Shown here in pieces: positions 11,823 to 20,713 of a DNA stretch of 64,000 nucleotides. The notes beneath the pieces were generated by a model. It did not search any database, was not told the origin of the DNA, and worked only from the letters and a program-made list of their open reading frames with translations. Position 1 is the first letter of the stretch. Each line of letters begins with the position of its first letter. A program made the position numbers and the translations under genes. Location: IMG/VR virus record IMGVR_UViG_3300046787_000438, positions 32,001 to 96,000 of that record; one strand, written 5' to 3'. The DNA comes from a virus.

Positions 11823-12470
11823 TTAAACTTCCATATCAATAAGACTATTTATCGGCATATGCACATGAGTGATTATTGTCTTACGACCACTAATTAGCGG
11901 TCTAGACTCGTGTAAATAGCCTGAGGGGAACACTACAATACTACCAGCCTTGTTTTTTATAGCTATATCTAGCCCTGGCTGCACGATCCCTAGCTCGCCA
12001 CCCTCGTACTCATCATCTAGGTATACAGCGATAGTTACCGTATCTCTACCTGAAACGACCATGTCACGGTGAGGCCCCATGTCTTTGTACTCGTCATACC
12101 TACGAATTCCATACGTATGGGTACCGAAGATCTCTTTATGTAGATGCTCTAGCTCCGAATCAGCTGCTCCATGTGCTTTTAGGTACGTGGCTGTACAAGC
12201 TTCCATCGAGCCCAGGATTGAGTTTAAAACATACTCTGATTTTTCTTTGATTAGTGGATTAGACTCTCTAATCAAATCTGGATAGCTAAGTGTCTTTAAA
12301 TCTCCGTATGGATTTTCTTTTGAGTCATTATTGGCATACCAGGTCTCCCAGGGGGTTACGGATAAGCTATTAATATCCTCTAGAGTTTCCATGACATTAG
12401 CTATCTCTGGAATAGCTCCTGGAAAGTAATAAACGTTCCTATGAAGAACCTCGACCGTTAGTGCAGACAT
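11823..12470 (-). CDS. 2OG-Fe(II) oxygenase
   Basis: PHRD...VYLDDEYEGGEL...FPS...HES. Confidence 0.86.
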   Translation of the reverse strand: MSALTVEVLHRNVYYFPGAIPEIANVMETLEDINSLSVTPWETWYANNDSKENPYGDLKTLSYPDLIRESNPLIKEKSEYVLNSILGSMEACTATYLKAHGAADSELEHLHKEIFGTHTYGIRRYDEYKDMGPHRDMVVSGRDTVTIAVYLDDEYEGGELGIVQPGLDIAIKNKAGSIVVFPSGYLHESRPLISGRKTIITHVHMPINSLIDMEV

Positions 12471-12471
12471 G

Positions 12472-13257
12472 TTAGTCCTCGTCTAGGTACTTAGTTGGTC
12501 CAGCGTTCACGTCATTGTATGCTGAACCAGCATTGAACTTTTTACGAGATTCTGGGTCATTTGCATCAAACTCTGGTTGGAAGATGAATCCAGGGAACAT
12601 GTACTTATCCCCGCTCTTCATTAGGTGTACCTGATGCTTATATGGATGAGTAGACGGGAAGATTAGTGCTTGACCAGCTTTAGGCTTGATCGTGAAGTCT
12701 ACTAGTTCAGAATTCGATTGATCATTGACGTCGTCTGCTGGGCGTAGGTGCCCATTTTTTGGGTTACGTAGGTCATACGGTCTGATGATGAATGACAATT
12801 CTCCACCATCGTAGTCATCATTCACATATACAACAATTGACCATTTAATGCTTAGGTCACCAGCCTGCGCGTCAAAGTGGGCACCCATCGCGCAACCTGG
12901 CCTATACTTCATGATACCAGCGAATGGAGAGATATTAGGCTCTCCCTCTTCTTCATGATCTTTATAGAAAGCATGAGAGATATTCTCAATAGCACCTCTG
13001 ATTTGTCCAACAACCCAGCGGACATCTTCAGCACGCTCTGAGGTGAGCTCGTCTAGCCCCTCGAGGTTAAAGTCTTTCTTGCTGCCGAAGCTGTGCCCGT
13101 CTTGTGTATTAGAAAACCAGAACCCCCACTCAGGGATTACGGACTGGACGGTCTCGTCCTCGTCTAGTTCTTCGATTAGTTGGAGTAGGCGTGCTGGGTC
13201 ATCTAGCACATCACCATATAGATATACGTTCTCGTGTAGTTTTTGTTCTAAGTGCAT
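12472..13257 (-). CDS. 2OG-Fe(II) oxygenase
   Basis: AHFD...VYVNDDYDGGEL...FPS...HQV. Confidence 0.88.
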   Translation of the reverse strand: MHLEQKLHENVYLYGDVLDDPARLLQLIEELDEDETVQSVIPEWGFWFSNTQDGHSFGSKKDFNLEGLDELTSERAEDVRWVVGQIRGAIENISHAFYKDHEEEGEPNISPFAGIMKYRPGCAMGAHFDAQAGDLSIKWSIVVYVNDDYDGGELSFIIRPYDLRNPKNGHLRPADDVNDQSNSELVDFTIKPKAGQALIFPSTHPYKHQVHLMKSGDKYMFPGFIFQPEFDANDPESRKKFNAGSAYNDVNAGPTKYLDED

Positions 13258-13259
13258 TA

Positions 13260-13937
13260 CTAATTACTTCCTAAGTGGTTTTTAATTGTCCAAAAGAACG
13301 GGCATACATATCTAATGCCAGATCTAATCTCGGTTACTCCGTGGATGTAGTGCATATCGCCAGGGAAGAAGTATGCAGCTCCAGCCTTAGGCTTAAACTG
13401 AATCCCCTGGTTAGGGAAGTATAACTCGCCGCCCTCGTAGTCGTCGTTGATATAGAAAAGGCCAGCGATGTCATAGTATGGGAAATCGTTTGGCTTGCCA
13501 CGATTCTCACCCTCATGTAGCTCTTTATCGGCATGTGGCTGCTGACGTTGTCCAGGGAGCCATCTAACAATTGCTGGACTAGTTGCGTGAGCGTCTACAT
13601 TGAAGAACGCGTCTACCTTTTCTTTTAGACGAAGCTGCATACCAACAATAGTTTCTGTAATCCTAGGATCTACGCTATTTAGGGTGGGGGCAGTGGCAAC
13701 CCTATGGTCCCAATAGCCAGAGTCGTAAATGACAGTCCCGTCCTCGTTATAATGAGTCTCGGTCTTATCCCAGGTTTGGTTAGTCTTAGCGAACTCAGTT
13801 AAAATTCTGAGCTCATCCTCGGTCATAAAGTTTTCCAGGGAGACAATGTTATCTCTAGAATCACCAAAAAATCCAGATGGTGTGGTTGACTCATAGGGTC
13901 TATCACTACCATTGGTAACATGCGCTGTCATTGCCAT
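13260..13937 (-). CDS. 2OG-Fe(II) oxygenase
   Basis: PHAD...FYINDDYEGGELYF...HGV...RY. Confidence 0.9.
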   Translation of the reverse strand: MAMTAHVTNGSDRPYESTTPSGFFGDSRDNIVSLENFMTEDELRILTEFAKTNQTWDKTETHYNEDGTVIYDSGYWDHRVATAPTLNSVDPRITETIVGMQLRLKEKVDAFFNVDAHATSPAIVRWLPGQRQQPHADKELHEGENRGKPNDFPYYDIAGLFYINDDYEGGELYFPNQGIQFKPKAGAAYFFPGDMHYIHGVTEIRSGIRYVCPFFWTIKNHLGSN

Positions 13938-13951
13938 ATAGCTATCCTACC

Positions 13952-14692
13952 CTACTCGTACTTACGTCGTTCCCAGACTTCGCGTTGATACACGCCTCCG
14001 TCTGGAACTCTATATTTCATGCTATTTTCTTGATTTTTTGCCATCATTTCCATTGGCCCGAACTTGGTAATCGTTTCTGACTCCCAGTTTTCCCGTTTAA
14101 ATGGGAGTATTTGAGCATATGGAGTACCAGCTGGGATAGTGCCCTTGAATCCCTTAGCAATAAAAAATGGCATAGTGCCAGGTAGATGTACTTTATCGTT
14201 ATCGATAATTCCACTAGTGGTTAGGAATGGTAGTTCGAAGCGGTTAAAAGGCTGAGTGTATAGAGCGCTGTAGCCCTCTGGTAGCTCTACGGCCCAATCA
14301 GCCCACCAAGCAAAGTGCTTCTCGTGGTACCCATATGGGTTATGGAATTGAGGCATCGGCATACGTTCTTGGATAAAATCTTTATTTTTTTCGTCCAAAA
14401 CTTTAACTTGGATCTGCCCCGTGGAGTCCTCGTAGAACTCTATATCGCATGGGGTTTTATACATATACCCGCTGCCCATAATATCGTACACTGCTGGGCA
14501 GGCTTTCCATGTAGGGATCTTTCCGCCGCCATTTGGCATTTCCCATGGCTTGCCAGTCATTGGATTTACGGCAAAACGATCTGCGTCTCTATACCAATCT
14601 GGAATAGTCTTTATTGCAGGCCCTGGCTTAGATGGGCTCTCGTTATTGAGCCACGGTCTATTTAGTATAAATTTAGCCTTCTGAGTGTCCAT
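13952..14692 (-). CDS. Conserved phage protein, DUF6065-related
   Basis: KACP...LPEGYSAL...IPAGTP..Q.LP; shares the IPAGTP region with 14673..15440. Confidence 0.5.
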   Translation of the reverse strand: MDTQKAKFILNRPWLNNESPSKPGPAIKTIPDWYRDADRFAVNPMTGKPWEMPNGGGKIPTWKACPAVYDIMGSGYMYKTPCDIEFYEDSTGQIQVKVLDEKNKDFIQERMPMPQFHNPYGYHEKHFAWWADWAVELPEGYSALYTQPFNRFELPFLTTSGIIDNDKVHLPGTMPFFIAKGFKGTIPAGTPYAQILPFKRENWESETITKFGPMEMMAKNQENSMKYRVPDGGVYQREVWERRKYE

Positions 14693-15440
14693 CTGACTCC
14701 CCCTCCTCTACTTCGTAGGTTTGACCAGTGAATGGACACATTACTGTCTTGAGCTTAATTGATTTTGTTTCGTGGGCTCCCACGGTCTCTCCTCTATAAT
14801 CGACAGCATCTCGGTACATTTTTGACCAGTCGCCTACGCCATTCTTAATTTCTTGGATATCACCATACTTGCGGACTTCCTGCCAGTATTCCTGGGCTGG
14901 GAGGCCATCTAAAATTTCCAGGCTGTAGTCCTGCTGTAGAGCACTCAATGATATCGGTAATACTGCGGCAATTGGTGTCCCCGCTGGGATATGTACTTCT
15001 ACATTAGGCTCGGTGAGCCTCCAGGCTATCGGTAACATGTGCATATAAAAGGAAGTACTCATTAGGGTCGTGTAGCACTGAGTCCCTCTTATGAATTGAT
15101 TAGGGACTGGCATAGCTAACATTGTGGTGTCAGAGTCGGTTATTAGTTTCAATCCAGTAGTGAAACTAATAGTGGCGTTTCCTCTACCAGTATTTAGAAA
15201 CTGATGGCCCTCTAAAATTGTTACATGGTCTGGAGTAGTGTCGGTTATCCCGTCCCATATAAATCTAAGATCCTCGGGAAATGATATCCCCCAGCCTAAC
15301 CTGTTAGTTAGATTAATTGGGAAGCACATATAGGCGTGCTTATCATCGGTGCTATCCATCCAGTCTCGACGAGCTTGGAGCTGCTCTATATTAGCTGTCT
15401 TACCTTCATGGAAAAGCTTTTGAACCTTAATAGTACCCAC
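14673..15440 (-). CDS. DUF6065-like protein
   Basis: R.WMD....HAY.C.P....N..GW N-terminal motif. Confidence 0.6.
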   Translation of the reverse strand: MGTIKVQKLFHEGKTANIEQLQARRDWMDSTDDKHAYMCFPINLTNRLGWGISFPEDLRFIWDGITDTTPDHVTILEGHQFLNTGRGNATISFTTGLKLITDSDTTMLAMPVPNQFIRGTQCYTTLMSTSFYMHMLPIAWRLTEPNVEVHIPAGTPIAAVLPISLSALQQDYSLEILDGLPAQEYWQEVRKYGDIQEIKNGVGDWSKMYRDAVDYRGETVGAHETKSIKLKTVMCPFTGQTYEVEEGESDGHSEG

Positions 15441-16222
15441 TATGCGTCTGTATCTTCGTAGAATTCTGGACGATGATACTTTTCAGAGAAATCCAACATG
15501 GTGACCATTGAGTACTTGACACCTGACTTCACTGGCATAGCGCGATGAGGGTACATGAAATTTGATGGGAAGATATATACATCTCCAGCGCGAGCCTTTA
15601 TTTGTGCATTTTGCAATCTAAAAAATAGCTCGCCGCCTTCGTAATCATCGTTAGGGAACGCAACTAGTGATACCACACAGTTATACGAGTATCCATGGTC
15701 GTGGTGCTCCTGGAAATGCTGGCCTTCACCGTATCGGACATAGTTAGTGGCCTCCCAGTAGCGTAGCTCTCCGACATTGTAGTGACGAGTGTAATCCTTA
15801 ACTACCTGAAGCTCTCTATATGTTACATCATCTGCTAGCTTCTTTAGAATCTCCCCCGCTTCAGAATTATCGTGCTCTATGTCGGTCTTCTTATATTTAA
15901 AATCAACACAATCGCGATACTCTGGCATCTTCATTTGATAGCCAACCATAGCTTCACGCCAGTCGTAGTTGTTGGATGGGTCGTCTACGACAGACTCTAG
16001 TCGCTTGATGATATCCATCTCTTTAGGAAGAACGTCCCTATAAACCCAAATGCCGCTACCAGGAATCACTTCCTGAGATGACGACCATGTCTGCTCATCT
16101 AAGGTGTACCACTTAGCTAATCGATTTTGTAGATTTTGCTGCTCTTGCTTACCTTTTTGGTCAATAGCGGCGTCTGCTTTTTGCTTTTCCATTAGCTCTT
16201 CTGGAGTCAAGTCCTGTGCCAT
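15440..16222 (-). CDS. 2OG-Fe(II) oxygenase
   Basis: EHHD...NDDYEGGELFF...FPSNFMYPHRA.PV..G.KY. Confidence 0.9.
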   Translation of the reverse strand: MAQDLTPEELMEKQKADAAIDQKGKQEQQNLQNRLAKWYTLDEQTWSSSQEVIPGSGIWVYRDVLPKEMDIIKRLESVVDDPSNNYDWREAMVGYQMKMPEYRDCVDFKYKKTDIEHDNSEAGEILKKLADDVTYRELQVVKDYTRHYNVGELRYWEATNYVRYGEGQHFQEHHDHGYSYNCVVSLVAFPNDDYEGGELFFRLQNAQIKARAGDVYIFPSNFMYPHRAMPVKSGVKYSMVTMLDFSEKYHRPEFYEDTDA

Positions 16223-16230
16223 TTTTATCC

Positions 16231-16962
16231 TTAGTACTTTAGTTTGTAGTCTTCGACAACTTGAGAAACTCTTTGGTTTACACCGTCTCTATCGTGATAG
16301 TCAGTCATTACAACTACGGCATATTTGGTACCCTCTATCATTTCTTTAGAGGCATGTTCATAAATAAATGTAGAGGGGAATATTGCGATATCTCCCTGTT
16401 TCGGCTTTAAGTCTACACCGAATCTAGGGAACCAGAGCTCTCCACCTTCGTAATTATCATTTAGATATATAACGGCAGATATTGTTGCTACATATGTTGG
16501 CCCGTGATCAGCGTGAATTCTAAACTGGGTACCAGCCCCCTCGTACTTTACAAAATTAAACGCTTCGTAAGCTCGGATTCCTACGCCCCAGTAGGCTCCG
16601 TAGTCGTCGACGCACATACGTAACTTCTGAAAAATTTCTTCGTGGAGATCGTAAAGAGCGGAGTTCTCGGGGGTTCTAGGCCCTAAGTTGTTACTCGAAA
16701 CCTTAAAGTCCTGAGCTTTTCTGGCGTAGTTATCCACCTCAGCGGAGTTAGAAACTTTGGCATTGCTCCACTCAAACTGAGTGCTGCCATCTAAATTAGC
16801 CTCTAACTGAGATATGTACCTATCGCAATCGGCTGGTGATATAGCGTTTCTATAGACGTTTATACCCAGCGCTGGGTTGAGGACTGACATGTGCCCTAGT
16901 TGGCGGTCTGCCATTCTAGAGGATGCAGTCTCTGATCTATCTTTAGTGAACCATATATTCAT
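16231..16962 (-). CDS. 2OG-Fe(II) oxygenase
   Basis: IHAD...YLNDNYEGGELWF...FPS..IYEH...KY. Confidence 0.9.
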   Translation of the reverse strand: MNIWFTKDRSETASSRMADRQLGHMSVLNPALGINVYRNAISPADCDRYISQLEANLDGSTQFEWSNAKVSNSAEVDNYARKAQDFKVSSNNLGPRTPENSALYDLHEEIFQKLRMCVDDYGAYWGVGIRAYEAFNFVKYEGAGTQFRIHADHGPTYVATISAVIYLNDNYEGGELWFPRFGVDLKPKQGDIAIFPSTFIYEHASKEMIEGTKYAVVVMTDYHDRDGVNQRVSQVVEDYKLKY

Positions 16963-16983
16963 AGTAGATATCCTACTACAGAT

Positions 16984-17026
16984 AAAAAGAAAAGCGGCTA
17001 GATTTCTCTAGCCGCTATCTCTTTTT
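16984..17026. terminator. Intrinsic terminator after the PPFF gene
   Basis: AGCGGCTAG-ATTTCT-CTAGCCGCT hairpin flanked by A- and T-tracts. Confidence 0.75.
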
Positions 17027-17031
17027 GGAGA

Positions 17032-17925
17032 CTACTTATCGTCGTCTTCCTTCAACTCTTCCCATGATTCCCATGGGATTGAGTAAGCGAAGTAAGGAGG
17101 GAAGAAAGGAGGGAAGAATGGTGGGAAGAACGGGAAGAAAGGAGGGAAGAATGGTGGGAAGAACGGTGGGAAGAAAGGAGGGAAGAACGGGAAGAAAGGA
17201 GGGAAGAATGGTGGGAAGAACGGGAAGAAAGGAGGGAAGAAGGGAGGGAAGAACGGGAAGAAAGGAGGGAAGAATGGAGGGAAGAACGGTGGGAAGAATG
17301 GTGGGAGCGTAGTTACGTTGCCTGACAGATCTGATGCAGCGGAATTACCGTTAGCATTAGTTGCAATAACGCTGTACTGCTGCGCTGTATTCATTTCCTG
17401 CGGGACAGTTATTGATGTAACAGTTGAAGCAACTGTATTTCCCTTAGCATCTGTTGATGCCCAGGTGTAGCTAGAAATAGCTTTTCCACCGTCATTTGGT
17501 GCTGTCCAAGAGACAGAGTCTTGGTCTGGCACTGTTGATGATGCTGTAGGAGCTGCGGGCTTTGCTGGAACTGTTGTTACAGTTCTAGCTGGTGCGGCCG
17601 TGCCTGGTGAGGTACCAGCCGCATTAGATAGTTTGACAGTAGCAGTGACTGAAGAATTGCTGGCTAGCCCTGTGACTGTAGCTGTATATGTACCGCTAGC
17701 TGGTGTGGGAAGGGCCCCACTACCTATGGTCGTACCAGCCGCATTACTTACTATATAGTTAGTGGGTGCAGGGGATAGAGCATTAATTGTCCAGGTAATT
17801 GTAAGTGCACCGTCATTGAAGGCACGGTCAGTGCCTACATCAGTTGCAGTTACATTTTCTGGGGCCATAGGCTCCAGGAAGTCATTTTGAGCAGCGGAAC
17901 GGCCGCCAGCCTCTTTCTTTGCCAT
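17032..17925 (-). CDS. Fibronectin type III protein with C-terminal 72-aa (PPFF)n tract
   Basis: Two FN3-like repeats (P..VTAT...ITWT; VSWTAP.DGG.AISSY), then the PPFF tract and an acidic tail. Confidence 0.78.
   Translation of the reverse strand: MAKKEAGGRSAAQNDFLEPMAPENVTATDVGTDRAFNDGALTITWTINALSPAPTNYIVSNAAGTTIGSGALPTPASGTYTATVTGLASNSSVTATVKLSNAAGTSPGTAAPARTVTTVPAKPAAPTASSTVPDQDSVSWTAPNDGGKAISSYTWASTDAKGNTVASTVTSITVPQEMNTAQQYSVIATNANGNSAASDLSGNVTTLPPFFPPFFPPFFPPFFPFFPPFFPPFFPFFPPFFPPFFPFFPPFFPPFFPPFFPPFFPFFPPFFPPFFPPYFAYSIPWESWEELKEDDDK
17089..17304 (-). repeat. (PPFF/PFF)n coding repeat, 72 codons, ending PPYF
   Basis: Seen directly; synonymous Pro codons vary between units. Confidence 0.95.
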
Positions 17926-17943
17926 TTCTTATCTCCCTAAGTA

Positions 17944-20424
17944 CTAAGCAGTCAGGTCGCCGTAGACGATCCAGGTGTTAGCAGCTCTCTTTAATAGTGT
18001 AGCAGATGACCAGCGGGTGCGTAGTTTCAGTCCAGGGGTTGCGTTAACGGTAACTCCGTCAGCTCCAGCAATAGTCACTTGGCCAGTATTTGTCTGAATA
18101 ATGTCGATGCTAGTACCGACTGGGTAGGCTACAGATGAATCTAGAGGGATCGTGATAGTTGTTGCTGATGTATTTGACACCTCGATGATATCATCACGTA
18201 GCCCTAAGTTATCTAGGGTATAGCTAGCGGTCTTATAGATGAAACTAGAGATTGAAGGAACGCCAGCTGAACTCTGCTGAGTTCCGTCATTGAAGGCTAC
18301 AAACCCAGTAGAAACCCCTGCGTTGGCTATAACATTTTGAGCTTCGATGCTTGCAAAAGAGAAAGATGCATCAGCTGTGTCAATGTAAAGTGACTCGTCT
18401 GGCTCTGGAACATAATTGTCAAAGAACTTAAATCGGCCATCAGTAGCATCTCGGAACATGCCAGTGTGTGCATAGGTACCGCTAGCATAACGTCCAGCGG
18501 CCCAACCTAGGTCTGGATCGGTACTAACTCTAGCTCTAGCAGCTCCACCAGTGAGGTAGGTGTCAGTTACTGTACTTGCTACAGTAAATGTATTCGCTGT
18601 CACCTCTAAAATCTGTGCGCCAGGTGCTGCTATATCAAATGAGCTAGGAGAGGAATCCGTTATGACAACATAGTGTCCAGCAGCATACCCGTGGTTTGCA
18701 ATAGTCTCGTATACAACGTAGGTACCGTCCCCTATAGCACTATTAATTCCGTTTAGGCCAGGGTTATTCAGGTAAATCATGTTGTCTTGTACAGCAAGAT
18801 TTGCTGTGTTAACGGTGGTTGTTGTACCTACAACATATAGATCACCAGTGATAGTGACATTTGTTGCCTCTACATCTCCAGTAAAAATTGCACCATCTAG
18901 ATTTGCCTTGGCATCTAGTGCACCCTGGGTAGCTATAGATACTGGCTTGTCAGCATCTGAAGTGTTGTCAACATCACCAAGGCCGACCATTGACTTTGTG
19001 ATACCAGAGGTTGTACCAGTAAAGGTAGCATTTGCAGTAGGTGCTTTAGCGTCAATCTGGGTCTGAATAGCTGAAGTAACACCATTCAAATAGCCGATCT
19101 CTACGTTAGAGGTGTCACCAATTGAAGTAGTTGATGGTAGCACTACGGTACCAGTGAATGTCGGTGCAGCTAATGGTGCATAAGTAGTTGCTGCAGTAGC
19201 AGATGCAAGTTTTGCATCTAACTGAGTCTGGATAGCTCCAGTAACCCCATTTACGTAGCTGAGCTCGGTCCCAGATACGTCACCAATTGAAGTAGTTGAT
19301 GGTAGCACTACGGTACCAGTGAAGCTAGGACCTTCTAATTGAGCATAAGCTTCTAGGTCCGAGGCAATAACCAGAGTGCTAGTATCTGCAATGCCGTGAA
19401 CATTGGTGGTATCATCTGAGTGCGCTGCCAAGATAGATGTAGTAACTAGATCTGCAGTATTGGCAATACCGTGAACATTGGTGGTGTCAACGTTGTGGGT
19501 ATTAATTGCTGAATTCAAGTCAGCTGTCACCACTAGGTCAGCAACGCTAGCGATACCGTGGACTCCAGAAGTTAGAGCTTCGTGACTACTTAGTGTATTT
19601 GCAACGTCTGAAGCTGCGTCTAAGGCACCAGCAATATCAGTCTGATATGCCAAGTTTGCAGTATTAGAGATACCATGAACGTTTGTATCCAAGTTCTCGT
19701 GGTCGTTCATTAGGTTGTCAGCATATGATTTACCAACAAAATCCAAGCTGTTATAGTGTGTAACCCCGTCACCAACACGCACAAAACCAGCGTGGTCGCT
19801 TTCGATGTATAAAGTATTTGCGGCAGTTACTACGTTTGCAGTTGCAAAATTAGCAGCAGTGTCGATTACAAAGTTAATTTTGCCACCAAGCGAAGTAGCC
19901 ATAGTGGTTGCAAAATTAGGGTCATCAGAAAGAGCTGCTGCAAGCTCATTTAGAGTATTTAAGGTTCCTGGGGACGAATCTATTAGATTAGCAACAGCGG
20001 TATCAGTGTATGAAGCGGCATTAGCCTGAGCCGCATTTGCCTTGTTCTGAGCACCAGTCTGAGTTTCTAGAGCTGCAGTGTCTGCAATTCCATGTACATT
20101 TGTAGCGTCATCTATATGAGCGTCCAATGTTGATAGCCCAGCTGTGACAGTATTGCCGAAGTTAGCGTCGCCACCGATAGACGCAGCTAGCTCGGCTAGG
20201 GTGTCCAAAGTCTCTGGGGCAAGACCCACTACATCAGCAAGCGCATTGTCTACATATGACTGGCTAATTGCGCTATATGCAAGTGCACCCCAGTTATCAG
20301 TAGCATTACCAATCTTAAATGCACCAGTATCTGACTCATAACCTAATTCACCAGCTGCTAGTACTGGATTGGCGCTTGCCCATTCTGCAGCGGTGCCGCG
20401 TCTGAACTGAATTCTAATTGCCAT
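17944..20424 (-). CDS. Tail fibre protein with Mtd_N-like N-terminal domain
   Basis: IQFRRGTAAEWASANPVLAAGELGYESDT; LDTL.ELAA.L..D.NF motifs; repeated NVHGIA.T. Confidence 0.8.
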   Translation of the reverse strand: MAIRIQFRRGTAAEWASANPVLAAGELGYESDTGAFKIGNATDNWGALAYSAISQSYVDNALADVVGLAPETLDTLAELAASIGGDANFGNTVTAGLSTLDAHIDDATNVHGIADTAALETQTGAQNKANAAQANAASYTDTAVANLIDSSPGTLNTLNELAAALSDDPNFATTMATSLGGKINFVIDTAANFATANVVTAANTLYIESDHAGFVRVGDGVTHYNSLDFVGKSYADNLMNDHENLDTNVHGISNTANLAYQTDIAGALDAASDVANTLSSHEALTSGVHGIASVADLVVTADLNSAINTHNVDTTNVHGIANTADLVTTSILAAHSDDTTNVHGIADTSTLVIASDLEAYAQLEGPSFTGTVVLPSTTSIGDVSGTELSYVNGVTGAIQTQLDAKLASATAATTYAPLAAPTFTGTVVLPSTTSIGDTSNVEIGYLNGVTSAIQTQIDAKAPTANATFTGTTSGITKSMVGLGDVDNTSDADKPVSIATQGALDAKANLDGAIFTGDVEATNVTITGDLYVVGTTTTVNTANLAVQDNMIYLNNPGLNGINSAIGDGTYVVYETIANHGYAAGHYVVITDSSPSSFDIAAPGAQILEVTANTFTVASTVTDTYLTGGAARARVSTDPDLGWAAGRYASGTYAHTGMFRDATDGRFKFFDNYVPEPDESLYIDTADASFSFASIEAQNVIANAGVSTGFVAFNDGTQQSSAGVPSISSFIYKTASYTLDNLGLRDDIIEVSNTSATTITIPLDSSVAYPVGTSIDIIQTNTGQVTIAGADGVTVNATPGLKLRTRWSSATLLKRAANTWIVYGDLTA

Positions 20425-20445
20425 CTGTCTTATTCCTTATATACT

Positions 20446-20673
20446 CTAGAAGCTGGAGGGGTTTCCGCCGTCGTAATTGATGTTGTACGAGCTAGCCGCA
20501 TTCCCACCATCGACGTTTGTGATGTCTGAAGCTGTCATAGAAACCCATGCTGACCCATCGTAGGTATACATAGCTCCTAAGTCAGATCTAAAGAAAAGGT
20601 CACCAGAAGATGCCTGAACTGGATACTCTGTTCCGTTAACGATGTTAATCGGGGAGAGAAACTTCTTTGCCAT
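20446..20673 (-). CDS. Small fibre-associated protein
   Basis: MAKKFL N-terminus like 20714..23113; GDLFF...YTYDGSAW; DGG repeats. Confidence 0.6.
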   Translation of the reverse strand: MAKKFLSPINIVNGTEYPVQASSGDLFFRSDLGAMYTYDGSAWVSMTASDITNVDGGNAASSYNINYDGGNPSSF

Positions 20674-20713
20674 TTAAGTGACCTTTTCCTTAGTCTGTCT
20701 AAATATTTTACTA

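Noticed and set aside
17089-17304. PPFF DNA tracts as CRISPR arrays or DGR template/variable repeats
   Set aside because: No unique spacers, cas genes or reverse transcriptase in the window; variation is synonymous and in-frame
17025-17312. Plus-strand ORF with GRKEGRMV repeats
   Set aside because: Antisense reading of the PPFF tract; no independent support
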